Positions 15,925 to 25,398 of a DNA stretch of 53,034 nucleotides are shown in pieces. The DNA comes from Flavobacteriales bacterium. Its GTDB lineage: Bacteria > Bacteroidota > Bacteroidia > CAIKAF01. The stretch is from positions 1-53,034 of the forward strand of contig JAIXKU010000215.1 in NCBI GenBank assembly GCA_026936045.1, given 5' to 3'. The position numbers and the translations under genes were made by a program. The notes beneath the pieces were generated by a model that saw nothing but the letters and a program-made list of their open reading frames with translations, did not search any database and was not told the origin of the DNA. Positions within the stretch are counted from its first letter, which is position 1, and each line of letters starts with the position of its first letter.

Positions 15925-16464
15925 GCCATTTAATAAGCGTACGATCTTTTACTAAAGACAGATCAGGTAATGTTGAGCTGTCATTATTGAGATGATAATT
16001 CCTTTCAACTTTGTATAGCCAACTGATAGCTTCCTGAAAATTATTAAATAGTCGGAATAATGGCTGCTGGGGTTTATTGAAAAAAAAGAAGAGGTTGACA
16101 TAAGTGCGTTGAAGCCAGTTAGGCGTATAGCTGTAGCTAAGTTGGGTTTCTCTTTCTCAAGCTGAATGCAGCGCATGCGCGCCTCCCTAGTAACACGACA
16201 ATGTGAAGCAGCTTCATAGATAAAGCATCTGCACTCTCCGTTGGTAATACGTTGGAATAAATAAATTAGTTCATCTTGAAGGCGGGTATCGACAGTGGTT
16301 CCTGCCTTGTAATAAACGTGGATAATACCATCGGTTCGTTGGCTACAATAGCCTTTTCAATTTCTATTCGGGTCAGCAAATGATCATGCTCGTGCATGAA
16401 GGGGTTTGATCTGCTCACGAATGAATTAGGTTGGGCAAAAGTGCTTTATTTGGATAATGACAAA

Positions 16465-17427
16465 TTATTCATCAAAAGTGTTCTCAGAGATTATATGCGA
16501 GGTAAAGGCTTGTTTGGTCTTCCTGCCAAGCTTATTTAAGATTTTCTCAGCCATTTGTGTTGATGTAAATCCCTCATAATTAAGAACTTCAGATAGAAGG
16601 CCGGGCTTAAACCAACGATGGTTTAGGGCCATGGGAAGTACGTCTGCCGTTAATTGATTACGCAGAAGGGTTTCAGCCAAAATAGAGTATAGCCCACCGG
16701 TTAGAAAATGATCTTCAATGGTTACCAATAAGCTGCCGGACTTAGAAACATTTATCAAATAGTCTTCATCTATGGGTGATAGGCTGCGCATATTGGCAAA
16801 ACCGACGTCAAGGCCTTCTTGCATCAGCAGAGCACGTGCTTCCAGTGCTTGTTCAAACAACATACCGTAAACCAAGATGGTTACGTCTTTTCCTCTAGCA
16901 ATTACTTCAGCTTTGCCAGATTCGTATGGCGCGTGGCTATATGATGTGGGTCTGGTATTGGCTCTGATATAAGTGGGAGAGTTGTTAGACCATATATGCG
17001 GTAACATTTTCAGCATATCGTCATTGTCGGCCGGGCAATATACTTGCATGCCGGGGATACCACGCATCAATGACACATCTTCAATAGCTTGGTGAGTGGG
17101 GCCGTTGCCATCAGATAGAAAGCCCGGTACAAAGCCGGTGAGCTTAACAGGTAATCCCGATATCCCCACATCAGTGCGAACAAATTCAAATGCACGCATG
17201 GTGAGGAAAGAGGCTAATGCATGTACAACAGGTATTCTACCGCGTAGGGCTAATCCTGCTGCTGCGCCAATCAGACATTGTTCGGTGATACCTGTATCTA
17301 CAAAACGCGAACCTAAAACAGCAGGCAGGTTACGTATTAGTGCGCGGTTTTCAGCCGTCATCACCACGTATTGTTCGTTATTTTCTGCAGTTTGTTTTAG
17401 TAGCTCTTCATAGGTTTCTGCTGCCAT
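16465..17427 (-). CDS. Transketolase-family protein, C-terminal (pyrimidine-binding + C-terminal domain) subunit
   Basis: FVDTGITEQCLIGAAAGLALRG, GPTHQAIEDVSLMRGIPGM, 320 aa; typical of the C-terminal half of a split transketolase. Confidence 0.8.
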   Translation of the reverse strand: MAAETYEELLKQTAENNEQYVVMTAENRALIRNLPAVLGSRFVDTGITEQCLIGAAAGLALRGRIPVVHALASFLTMRAFEFVRTDVGISGLPVKLTGFVPGFLSDGNGPTHQAIEDVSLMRGIPGMQVYCPADNDDMLKMLPHIWSNNSPTYIRANTRPTSYSHAPYESGKAEVIARGKDVTILVYGMLFEQALEARALLMQEGLDVGFANMRSLSPIDEDYLINVSKSGSLLVTIEDHFLTGGLYSILAETLLRNQLTADVLPMALNHRWFKPGLLSEVLNYEGFTSTQMAEKILNKLGRKTKQAFTSHIISENTFDE

Positions 17428-17541
17428 AGCTTTGTGTTTTTATTTAGCATACAAAGTTACGTCTTTTATTAAAAGCATCACCTACCTGAGAAAATTGTTC
17501 TGAGGGTATATGATATCTTTATTTTTGGATAGTTACGGCGA

Positions 17542-20115
17542 TTAACCGCATTTGGAATTGCCGCAATTCTTACATTTGACGCAGCCTTCTTCGTAAATAA
17601 GGCCATCGGAGCTGCCGCATTCATTACATCTGTGGTCAACGGCAATGGTACCATCGGGGATGAACATCTTCAAGGCACGTTCAACACCGGATTTCCATGT
17701 ATTGATACTATCATTGTATAAATGCAGATTTTGAATAAGGTTTACAACATGTGGAATAGGCATACCATGACGTAATACGCCGGATATCAACTTAGCATAG
17801 TTCCAAAACTCTTTGTCGAATGAACGAGACAATCCTTCAATGGTGGTACGATACCCGTCTTTATCCATGTATTGGAAATCATAACGCTTCTTACCATCAT
17901 CGGAGATACTTTTGATGACCCATCCATTATTAACCCATTCAGGTAAGCTGAAAGCATCCTTGGCTTTACCGGTAAAGATCTCATAAGGTTTGCCGTAAAG
18001 TGTACCAACAACGGCAATCCAACGCTCATCATGATTCATAAAACGCACGATGGAAGCTTCAAGTACTTTAGGACGCTTAGGCGCTTTTGTTTCAATGATT
18101 TCGTTTGATTTAGGTTTAGTTTCGGCGGCTACCAATACACCTGAACGAGAGCCATCACGATATACGGTAATACCTTTTAATCCTTTTTGCCAAGCTTCAA
18201 GATAAATCTGACTTACCATTTCAGCCGGTGTTTCGCCGGAAAGATTGATGGTAGAGCTAATGGAATGTGTTGTATATTTTTGAACAATGGCTTGAATCTC
18301 AACCCGCTTAACCCAATCAATTTCTGGAGCTGTAGAGCCGGAGTAAGGGCTCTTGGATATATCCTTCTCACCGGTAATTTCCATCCATTTTTTTAGTTTA
18401 GGATGATATACTATAAACTCTTCCCACTTGTCGCCCATATCGTCCACGAAGTCCACTCTAGCTTGTTTATCCTGGTGATTTACTTTGCGTCTGCGTTTGT
18501 ATGAGAGCATGAACACAGGCTCAATACCGGATGATGTTTGGGTTAACAGGCTGATTGTGCCGGTCGGTGCAACAGTGCTGATTGAGATATTGCGTCTGCC
18601 ATGTTGCATCATGCGCTCATATACATCCGGCATTTCGGTTTGCAGCATCTGAACAAACTCAGATGTATTTTCAATCTTTGTGTCAAACGCTTCGAAACGA
18701 CCGCGTTCTATAGCCATGTCAATTGAACTGTCAAATTCTGCACGGCATTTTGTTTTCATTATCTCTTCAATGGCCAAAAGGGCATCGGCTGAATCGAAAG
18801 TAAGATTCATGGCAGCCAATGTATCGCCCAAAGCTGTAAAACCAAGTCCGGTACGACGACCTTTAGAGCCGGCATCGTAAAGTAGCTGCCAGGTATTGCG
18901 CTCTACTTCTTTAATATAATCCGGTTCGGGATCGCTGTCAATTTTATTTAAAATGCGTTCAATAGCCTCTAATTCCAAATCAACTAAATCATCCATGAGT
19001 CGCTGACTTTCGTATGTCACTTCATAGAATTTTTTGTAATTGAATTTTGCTTTTTGTGTAAAGGGATAATCTACAAAGCTATAAAGATTAACGGCAATGA
19101 GTCTGCAACTATCACCACCCTGCATTGCAATTTCAGAGCAGGGATTGGTAGAAACATTGCGAAATCCGGGATATACAGAAGATGTGGAATAATAATGTTG
19201 TCTATCCCAGAAAATTAAACCAGGCTCGGCGGTATTATGCGCACATTTAATGATGGTATCCCAAAGCTCACGGGCTTTGATGGTTTTAGAATATTGTGGT
19301 GTAGGCGAATCGATAGGCCAACGGTGTGTGTATTCGGTATCGTTGGCAACAGCCTGCATAAATTCATCACTGATACGTACAGATATATTAGCCCCAGTAA
19401 CACGAGATAAATCTTGTTTAATGGTTACAAAATTTTCTACATCCGGATGTGCAATATCCATCGTAATCATCAATGCCCCACGCCGGCCATTTTGAGCAAC
19501 TTCTCTGGTTGTATTGGAAAAACGATCCATAAAAGATACGGCGCCTGTTGTGGTGCCGGCAGCATTTGAAACATGCATACCGGATGGGCGGATGGTAGAA
19601 ATGTCTATTCCTACGCCGCAACGACGTTTGAAAAGCTGTGCCATTTGTTGGTCGGTATAAAAAATACCGCCGTAAGAATCATATATCTCAGGTAGTACAA
19701 TACAGTTGGAAAGAGATGCAATCACGTATGGATTACCTAATGAAGACATAACACTTCCTTGAGGCACTACATACTTGAAGTCTTGCATGTAGCTTACAAT
19801 CTTTTTTTCATCTAAGAATGGTCTGCTCTGACCATATTTAGACATGTACATGATACTTTCCTTAACAGGAGATTCCTCTTTATATTTTTCTTCAATACGT
19901 GCGAACTCGCGCGCCATACGTTTTTGCATATCGGTGGGGGAGAGTTCAACAAAACGCCCGTCTTTATCTTTCATGGCGTATTTGTTCATCCAGGTCGTCG
20001 CCGCCAAGTCGTCGCCGTCAAAATAAGCTAGACTGGCCTTAAACACTTCTTCATACGCAAAGGTGCGTGCTGCTTTTTTTTCCACTTTTTTCTCGTTAAT
20101 TGCGATTGGTTCCAT
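17542..20115 (-). CDS. nrdJ: Class II (adenosylcobalamin-dependent) ribonucleotide reductase
   Basis: 857 aa. Motifs NPCSEI, SNCIVLP, TVAPTGTISL, and a C-terminal Cys-rich tail CNECGS...CVKCKNCGNSKCG. Confidence 0.9.
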   Translation of the reverse strand: MEPIAINEKKVEKKAARTFAYEEVFKASLAYFDGDDLAATTWMNKYAMKDKDGRFVELSPTDMQKRMAREFARIEEKYKEESPVKESIMYMSKYGQSRPFLDEKKIVSYMQDFKYVVPQGSVMSSLGNPYVIASLSNCIVLPEIYDSYGGIFYTDQQMAQLFKRRCGVGIDISTIRPSGMHVSNAAGTTTGAVSFMDRFSNTTREVAQNGRRGALMITMDIAHPDVENFVTIKQDLSRVTGANISVRISDEFMQAVANDTEYTHRWPIDSPTPQYSKTIKARELWDTIIKCAHNTAEPGLIFWDRQHYYSTSSVYPGFRNVSTNPCSEIAMQGGDSCRLIAVNLYSFVDYPFTQKAKFNYKKFYEVTYESQRLMDDLVDLELEAIERILNKIDSDPEPDYIKEVERNTWQLLYDAGSKGRRTGLGFTALGDTLAAMNLTFDSADALLAIEEIMKTKCRAEFDSSIDMAIERGRFEAFDTKIENTSEFVQMLQTEMPDVYERMMQHGRRNISISTVAPTGTISLLTQTSSGIEPVFMLSYKRRRKVNHQDKQARVDFVDDMGDKWEEFIVYHPKLKKWMEITGEKDISKSPYSGSTAPEIDWVKRVEIQAIVQKYTTHSISSTINLSGETPAEMVSQIYLEAWQKGLKGITVYRDGSRSGVLVAAETKPKSNEIIETKAPKRPKVLEASIVRFMNHDERWIAVVGTLYGKPYEIFTGKAKDAFSLPEWVNNGWVIKSISDDGKKRYDFQYMDKDGYRTTIEGLSRSFDKEFWNYAKLISGVLRHGMPIPHVVNLIQNLHLYNDSINTWKSGVERALKMFIPDGTIAVDHRCNECGSSDGLIYEEGCVKCKNCGNSKCG

Positions 20116-20304
20116 ATCTATATTTTATGAAATATTCCGTTTACTCAAATTGAACTCTACAAATTAAAATAAACCAAATGAGATTTATGATTTGAACTTA
20201 TTAACTATCCGCGTATCTTTTTAACATTATCCGTTCTTGTAAATAATTTGTTGATAAAACCCGATGTGGCTATTTCAAACTTCTTCCTTTTTTGTTATTA
20301 ATAC

Positions 20305-20320
20305 GTACGCACGTGCGTAC
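20305..20320. repeat. Perfect 16-bp palindrome GTACGCACGTGCGTAC in the nrdJ/hemW divergent intergenic region
   Basis: Read directly: GTACGCAC followed by its reverse complement GTGCGTAC. GC-rich island in an AT-rich spacer, about 35 nt upstream of a candidate hemW -7 box. Confidence 0.9.
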
Positions 20321-20354
20321 TACTTATATACATTCGTATGATGACCTTGATTTG

Positions 20355-20362
20355 TAACTTTG
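20355..20362 (+). promoter_or_regulatory. Candidate -7 promoter box (TAACTTTG) for the hemW-like gene
   Basis: TAnnTTTG match 38 nt upstream of the ATG at 20401. Confidence 0.3.
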
Positions 20363-20400
20363 GCCTGTTAATTAATGATGTTATCTTGCAGTCATAACGA

Positions 20401-21519
20401 ATGAGTGCACTCTATTTACATATTCCGTTTTGCCGAAGAGCTTGTTATTATTGTGATTTTCATTTCTCTACCTCTTTGCGCACCAAGCCGGCGGTATTGA
20501 AAGCCATACTGCTTGAGCTTGAATCACGTAGCCCGGAAGCAACAAGTCGAATTCAATCAATATATTTTGGAGGCGGTACACCCTCATTATTGCAGCACAA
20601 CGAACTCATGTCATTATTTGATCATATTTTTCATTTTTACGATATATCGCCGGATGCAGAGATTACGCTTGAAGCGAACCCGGATGATTTGACATCTCAA
20701 AGATTAAAAGAGTTGCGTAACACACCTGTCAATAGATTAAGTATAGGTGTACAGTCGTTTCATGATTCAGATTTAAAATATATGAATCGTATTCATTCAG
20801 CTAAGGATGCAGAATATGCGATTAAACGTGCACAGGATATTGGTTTTGCAAATCTTTCCATTGATTTAATCTATGGCATACCGACATTGACAGATGCAAT
20901 TTGGATAGATAATCTGCAACGATTAATTTTATATCAAGTGCCGCATATTTCAGCCTATGCATTGACGATTGAAGAGCATACGCCATTACATCATTTGATA
21001 CGCAGAAAAAAAACATTGCCTCCGGTCGAGGAGCATATTGCCCGGCATTTCAAGGTAATGTCTGATTTATTGAGTCATGCCGGATTTGTGCATTATGAGA
21101 TTTCCAACTTTGCACAGCCGGACTATCAGTCGCGTCATAATTCATCATACTGGACAGGCTTAGCCTATATTGGCATCGGACCTTCTGCCCATTCTTATGA
21201 TGGGTATTCACAGCGCCGATGGAATGTTGCCAATAATGTTCAATATATTAAGGGTGTCAATGAAGGCGGAGGTTGGTTTGAGATGGAAACGCTAAACGAG
21301 ACAGATAAGTGGATCGAATTTGTGATGATCTCATTACGTCGGGCCGATGGGATTAAGAAAAAAGACGCTTTGTTGTTTGGCGAACAGGCTTATGAAACAT
21401 TGATTAAGCGCTCGAAAGATATGTCTAAGCAATGGTTTTACGACGACTCTAATGCTCTTCGCCTGACACTTGAAGGTATGCTGATGTCAGATTATATAAT
21501 ATTGAATCTGATAAAATAG
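20401..21519 (+). CDS. hemW: Radical SAM HemN-like protein (heme chaperone HemW / O2-independent coproporphyrinogen oxidase-like)
   Basis: LYLHIPFCRRACYYCDF (CX3CX2C), GGGTPS, and a C-terminal HemN_C-like region; 372 aa. Confidence 0.85.
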   Translation: MSALYLHIPFCRRACYYCDFHFSTSLRTKPAVLKAILLELESRSPEATSRIQSIYFGGGTPSLLQHNELMSLFDHIFHFYDISPDAEITLEANPDDLTSQRLKELRNTPVNRLSIGVQSFHDSDLKYMNRIHSAKDAEYAIKRAQDIGFANLSIDLIYGIPTLTDAIWIDNLQRLILYQVPHISAYALTIEEHTPLHHLIRRKKTLPPVEEHIARHFKVMSDLLSHAGFVHYEISNFAQPDYQSRHNSSYWTGLAYIGIGPSAHSYDGYSQRRWNVANNVQYIKGVNEGGGWFEMETLNETDKWIEFVMISLRRADGIKKKDALLFGEQAYETLIKRSKDMSKQWFYDDSNALRLTLEGMLMSDYIILNLIK

Positions 21520-21545
21520 ATTGCTATTATACAGGTGTTTCCTCA

Positions 21546-22334
21546 CTACGGTTGAAAAGGGTCATCAAATCGCAGATGCTTTACAGACTCGCCCGAATCT
21601 CTTAGTTCAATGAGTGCATCTATGCCTATATTGAGATGTTGCTTTACGAAATGATCTGTCACGCCTTTGTCGCTTTCAGAGGTTTTGATACCTTCAGGTA
21701 CCATTGGATTATCAGATACCAATAGTAAGGCGCCTCGCGGAATACCGTTTGAAAATCCGGTAGTGAAGATAGTTGCTGTTTCCATATCAATAGCCATAGA
21801 TCGAATCTTTCTCAGATACTGTTTAAATGTATCATCGTGTTCCCATACTCTGCGATTGGTGGTGTAAACAGTACCAGTCCAGTAGTCGCAGGCATATTTC
21901 CTAATCACACTGGAGACGGCCATTTGCAAACGAAAAGAAGGAAGCGCAGGCACTTCAGGCGGTAAATAGTCATTGCTTGTACCTTCTCCTCTTATAGCGG
22001 CAATAGGTAAAATGAGATCGCCGACAAGGGTTTTCTTTTTTAAACCGCCACATTTCCCTAAAAATAATACGGCCTTAGGCATAATAGCACTTAGGAGATC
22101 CATAATGGTAGCCGCCATAGCGCTTCCCATACCGAAATTTATTAGTGTAATATTTTCATGCGTGACCGTTTGCATGGGTTTATCCATACCCATAATCGGC
22201 TTATTATATTTCTCAGAGAAGAGGGTCAGATAATGATTAAAATTTGTAAGTAGAATATAATGCCCAAATTGGTCAGTCGGCGTGTCTGTGTAGCGGGGTA
22301 ACCAATCACTTACAATTTCTTCTTTTGTTTCCAT
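21546..22334 (-). CDS. amn: AMP nucleosidase (short form, PNP_UDP_1 fold)
   Basis: INFGMGSAMAATIMD, LGKCGGL, AIDMETATI, SDNP...G, and C-terminal HL.IGI.A; collinear with the catalytic domain of E. coli Amn. Confidence 0.75.
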   Translation of the reverse strand: METKEEIVSDWLPRYTDTPTDQFGHYILLTNFNHYLTLFSEKYNKPIMGMDKPMQTVTHENITLINFGMGSAMAATIMDLLSAIMPKAVLFLGKCGGLKKKTLVGDLILPIAAIRGEGTSNDYLPPEVPALPSFRLQMAVSSVIRKYACDYWTGTVYTTNRRVWEHDDTFKQYLRKIRSMAIDMETATIFTTGFSNGIPRGALLLVSDNPMVPEGIKTSESDKGVTDHFVKQHLNIGIDALIELRDSGESVKHLRFDDPFQP

Positions 22335-22397
22335 GTCATTGATATTTTATTTATTTTACTTTTTATATGAAGTTAAGTTGCTTACTAAGTTAAGATT

Positions 22398-22628
22398 TTG
22401 CCACATGAAACAGGGTTATTCCTTCTTTATTTCTTTCATTTTTTATCTCAGGAGGTTCTTTTTGCACAGCCTCATCGGCAAGATTCAATCATGATTCGAC
22501 AGATATATGATATGGCGCTAACTCAAGGTAAAAGTTATATCCATCTTGAACGTATTTGTAAAGAGGTACCTACCTGTTTGAGCGGATCGGCTAATGCCGA
22601 TGAGGCTGTTTGCATTGCCATCATCTAA
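22398..22628 (+). pseudogene. N-terminal stub of an M28-family peptidase (truncated, start region frameshifted)
   Basis: LFLLYFFHFLSQEVLFAQ...IRQIYDMALTQGKSYIHLERICKEV..LSGSANADEAV matches the characteristic N-terminus of Bacteroidota M28 aminopeptidases. The frame stops after 76 aa, 83 nt before comM. The only ATG (22405) is in a different frame. Confidence 0.5.
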
Positions 22629-22711
22629 ACATTAACCGATTGATTTATTAGCTTTTTAAAGGCATAGTCCGACACTTTGTTTATTTTTGCATACTCAAGT
22701 CAACCTGAAGC

Positions 22712-24250
22712 ATGATGATAAAAACGTATGGCTCGGCTGTGCATGGTGTAAATGCTATTCGCATTACCATCGAGACCAATATGGTGCCCGGCTCTAATTT
22801 CTATATGGTAGGCCTACCCGATAACGCTGTTAAGGAGAGTCAGCGCAGAGTGGAAGCGGCTGTTCGGAACAATGGATTTCGTATTCCAGGAAAGAAAATT
22901 ACCATCAATTTGGCACCTGCCGATATTCGAAAGGAAGGTTCGGCATACGATCTGCCGATAGCTATAGGTATTATTGCAGCCGGTGAACAGATGCAAACCA
23001 CATTGTTAGAATCATTCATTCTCATGGGCGAACTTTCTTTGGATGGTGAAATAAGACCTATCAAAGGGGCTTTGCCCATTGCAATACAGGCACGTCAGGA
23101 TAAGATGCGAGGCATTATTCTACCAAAGGAAAATGCCAATGAAGCGGCTATCGTTCAGGGCATAGATGTGTATGGCGTACGCACACTTAAAGATGTAGTT
23201 GATTTCTTGAATGGCGAACTAGATTTGCAACAAGAGCACCATGATACTAGAGAAGAATTTCATTTTAATTCCGATAAATTTTCTATTGATTTCAGTGATG
23301 TAAAAGGACAGGAGAATATCAAACGCGCATTGGAAATAGCAGCGGCCGGTGGTCATAATGCCATTCTGATTGGTCCGCCCGGTGCAGGGAAAACCATGCT
23401 GGCTAAGCGCTTGCCGACAATATTTCCGCCGCTTACCTTACACGAAGCTTTAGAAACAACAAAAATACATTCTGTTGCCGGACGTTTAGGCAAGCATAAA
23501 GGCTTGATTACGATGCGTCCGTTTCGCTCGCCACACCATACTATCAGCGATGTGGCATTGGTGGGCGGCGGTGTAAATCCACAGCCGGGGGAAATCTCTT
23601 TGGCACATAACGGTGTTTTGTTTTTGGATGAGCTGCCTGAATTTAAACGCTCAGTTCTGGAAGTTCTGCGCCAACCGTTGGAAGATCGGATAGTTAGCAT
23701 TTCTAGAGCGCGTTTCAGTATAGAATATCCAGCCAGCTTTATGCTTATTGCCTCTATGAATCCATGTCCATGCGGCAATTATAATCATCCAGACAAAGAA
23801 TGTGTCTGTGCGCCCGGTACGGTTCAGCGGTATCTGAATAAAATATCAGGACCGTTGCTCGATCGAATTGATTTGCATGTGGAAGTAACGCCTGTTGCTT
23901 TTGACGAACTCTCTCAGACACGTGTCAGTGAGTCGAGCGAGATAATTCGCAAACGTGTTGTAGCCGCCCGTGAAATACAGAAACAACGGTTTGCCGAGTA
24001 TCAGGGTATTTATGCTAATGCTCAGATGTCAACACGTATGTTGCGTGAGGTTTGTGTAATTGGTGCTGCATCTCAAAAATTATTAAAGACAGCCATGGAG
24101 CGACTCAAGCTTTCAGCACGTGCCTATGATCGTATTTTAAAAGTATCACGTACCATTGCAGATTTGGCCGATAGCTCTGAAATTAAACCGGAGCATTTGG
24201 CTGAGGCTATTCAATACAGAAGCCTTGACAGAGAGAATTGGACAGGTTGA
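22712..24250 (+). CDS. comM: YifB/ComM family Mg-chelatase-like AAA+ ATPase
   Basis: Lon-protease-like N-domain, Walker [20 protein letters not shown]-terminal [19 protein letters not shown]. Confidence 0.9.
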   Translation: MMIKTYGSAVHGVNAIRITIETNMVPGSNFYMVGLPDNAVKESQRRVEAAVRNNGFRIPGKKITINLAPADIRKEGSAYDLPIAIGIIAAGEQMQTTLLESFILMGELSLDGEIRPIKGALPIAIQARQDKMRGIILPKENANEAAIVQGIDVYGVRTLKDVVDFLNGELDLQQEHHDTREEFHFNSDKFSIDFSDVKGQENIKRALEIAAAGGHNAILIGPPGAGKTMLAKRLPTIFPPLTLHEALETTKIHSVAGRLGKHKGLITMRPFRSPHHTISDVALVGGGVNPQPGEISLAHNGVLFLDELPEFKRSVLEVLRQPLEDRIVSISRARFSIEYPASFMLIASMNPCPCGNYNHPDKECVCAPGTVQRYLNKISGPLLDRIDLHVEVTPVAFDELSQTRVSESSEIIRKRVVAAREIQKQRFAEYQGIYANAQMSTRMLREVCVIGAASQKLLKTAMERLKLSARAYDRILKVSRTIADLADSSEIKPEHLAEAIQYRSLDRENWTG

Positions 24251-24257
24251 TGGCTTG

Positions 24258-25271
24258 TTATTTCTTCTCTATTATTTCCGGCTGTCCGGGAAGATTCAAA
24301 CTTTCCATCATGATATCCATCACGGGTGTATAGTATCCTTCGTTCTGCTGCGGATAGACCCATATAATTTCATAATCATATTTCTGCGTATTGTCTATGC
24401 GCCGAATAAAGAACTTCTTAAAATCCATCACCCGTTTAAAACCGGGGAATAATTCAACCTCGTAACTACCGGTATTCTGATAATAAACCGCTCCGTTTTT
24501 ATCTTTAAACGATTGTGTTTTGATTTTTATTCCCGGATAGGCGCTTGTATTTTTTCTCCATGCATCACGTTCCCAATTAGCTCTTGTACTGAGAGAGGTG
24601 CTGTCGGCAAGCAGGCGCGAAAAGCGGACTTCACCTCGCCCATCATGTATCGAAAGAAAATGCAGGGTATCGGGCATTTTGGAGAAAGACCAGAAATCGG
24701 GATAATCTATACTCATACGGACATCTCCATCATGCGTATATTTTTTGTATTTGAATGGCTTGTAACGTAATGAAGAAATCATGTCCTCCTGAACGGGTGC
24801 GTAAGAAATCACATTGTTCTCACCAATCTCAAAATAGAAGAGAAGGCAATTGATAGATTGATTGAGATGAAAATAGACCAGATAAATGGTGGAGAGATAC
24901 CGCTTGTCATTTTCGGTCATGAAAGAGAGGACAAGCTTCTCTGCACGATATGGCCCCATGCTGCCGCTACCCGATTCACTGACCTGCAGATTCTTAATGG
25001 ACGGATCTTCATAAATGCGAAGCATCAGATAACGCAAACTGTCTGAATTGAAACGCGGCGATACTTTGTATAGGTTGATATTAAACTCCGTTCCCACATT
25101 TTTATCGTACAAAACCCAAGACCTTTTTCCCGTTCTTTCCATTGTAAATTCATCCGGATAATCCATTTCTACCGGTAAATCGGGGAAAGAAAAAATAGTT
25201 TTCTGTGCCCAAGATTTAGGAGAAAGGCAGCCCAGAAAAAAGATAAATACAATGGAATTAGAAATACGCAT
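24258..25271 (-). CDS. Secreted hypothetical protein
   Basis: Signal peptide IFFLGCLSPKSWAQ. No motif I can assign. Confidence 0.5.
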   Translation of the reverse strand: MRISNSIVFIFFLGCLSPKSWAQKTIFSFPDLPVEMDYPDEFTMERTGKRSWVLYDKNVGTEFNINLYKVSPRFNSDSLRYLMLRIYEDPSIKNLQVSESGSGSMGPYRAEKLVLSFMTENDKRYLSTIYLVYFHLNQSINCLLFYFEIGENNVISYAPVQEDMISSLRYKPFKYKKYTHDGDVRMSIDYPDFWSFSKMPDTLHFLSIHDGRGEVRFSRLLADSTSLSTRANWERDAWRKNTSAYPGIKIKTQSFKDKNGAVYYQNTGSYEVELFPGFKRVMDFKKFFIRRIDNTQKYDYEIIWVYPQQNEGYYTPVMDIMMESLNLPGQPEIIEKK

Positions 25272-25364
25272 ATCTGTTTATTTTTCGATAATATACAAAG
25301 ATAAAATCACATGTCAAGCCGACAAAGAAATTGAAAGAACGTTTCAGGAATCTGTCAGATTGTT

Positions 25365-25372
25365 TACTTTTG
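25365..25372 (+). promoter_or_regulatory. Candidate -7 promoter box (TACTTTTG) for the EamA transporter gene
   Basis: TAnnTTTG match 26 nt upstream of the TTG start at 25399. Confidence 0.3.
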
Positions 25373-25398
25373 CAAGATGAAATCTGCTTTAACATCTC

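Noticed and set aside
20116-20400. Possible cobalamin riboswitch or NrdR-box upstream of nrdJ
   Set aside because: Reading the minus strand, I found no B12-box-like GCCACTG core and no extended conserved stems. The region is mostly AT-rich. Repression by B12 would also make little sense for a B12-dependent RNR. Only the 16-bp palindrome stands out, and it is reported separately.
22370-22394. Direct repeat AAGTTAAG (22370-22377 and 22387-22394) between amn and the M28 stub
   Set aside because: Only 8 nt in very AT-rich DNA, so a chance occurrence is likely. There is no supporting symmetry or conservation that I can test here.
23353-23778. 141-aa antisense ORF inside comM, and similar antisense ORFs such as 17096-17413, 10153-10479, 13593-13946, 47513-47972 and 907-1257
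   Set aside because: All lie wholly inside well-supported genes on the opposite strand, have biased low-complexity composition and carry no recognisable motifs. They are typical shadow ORFs.
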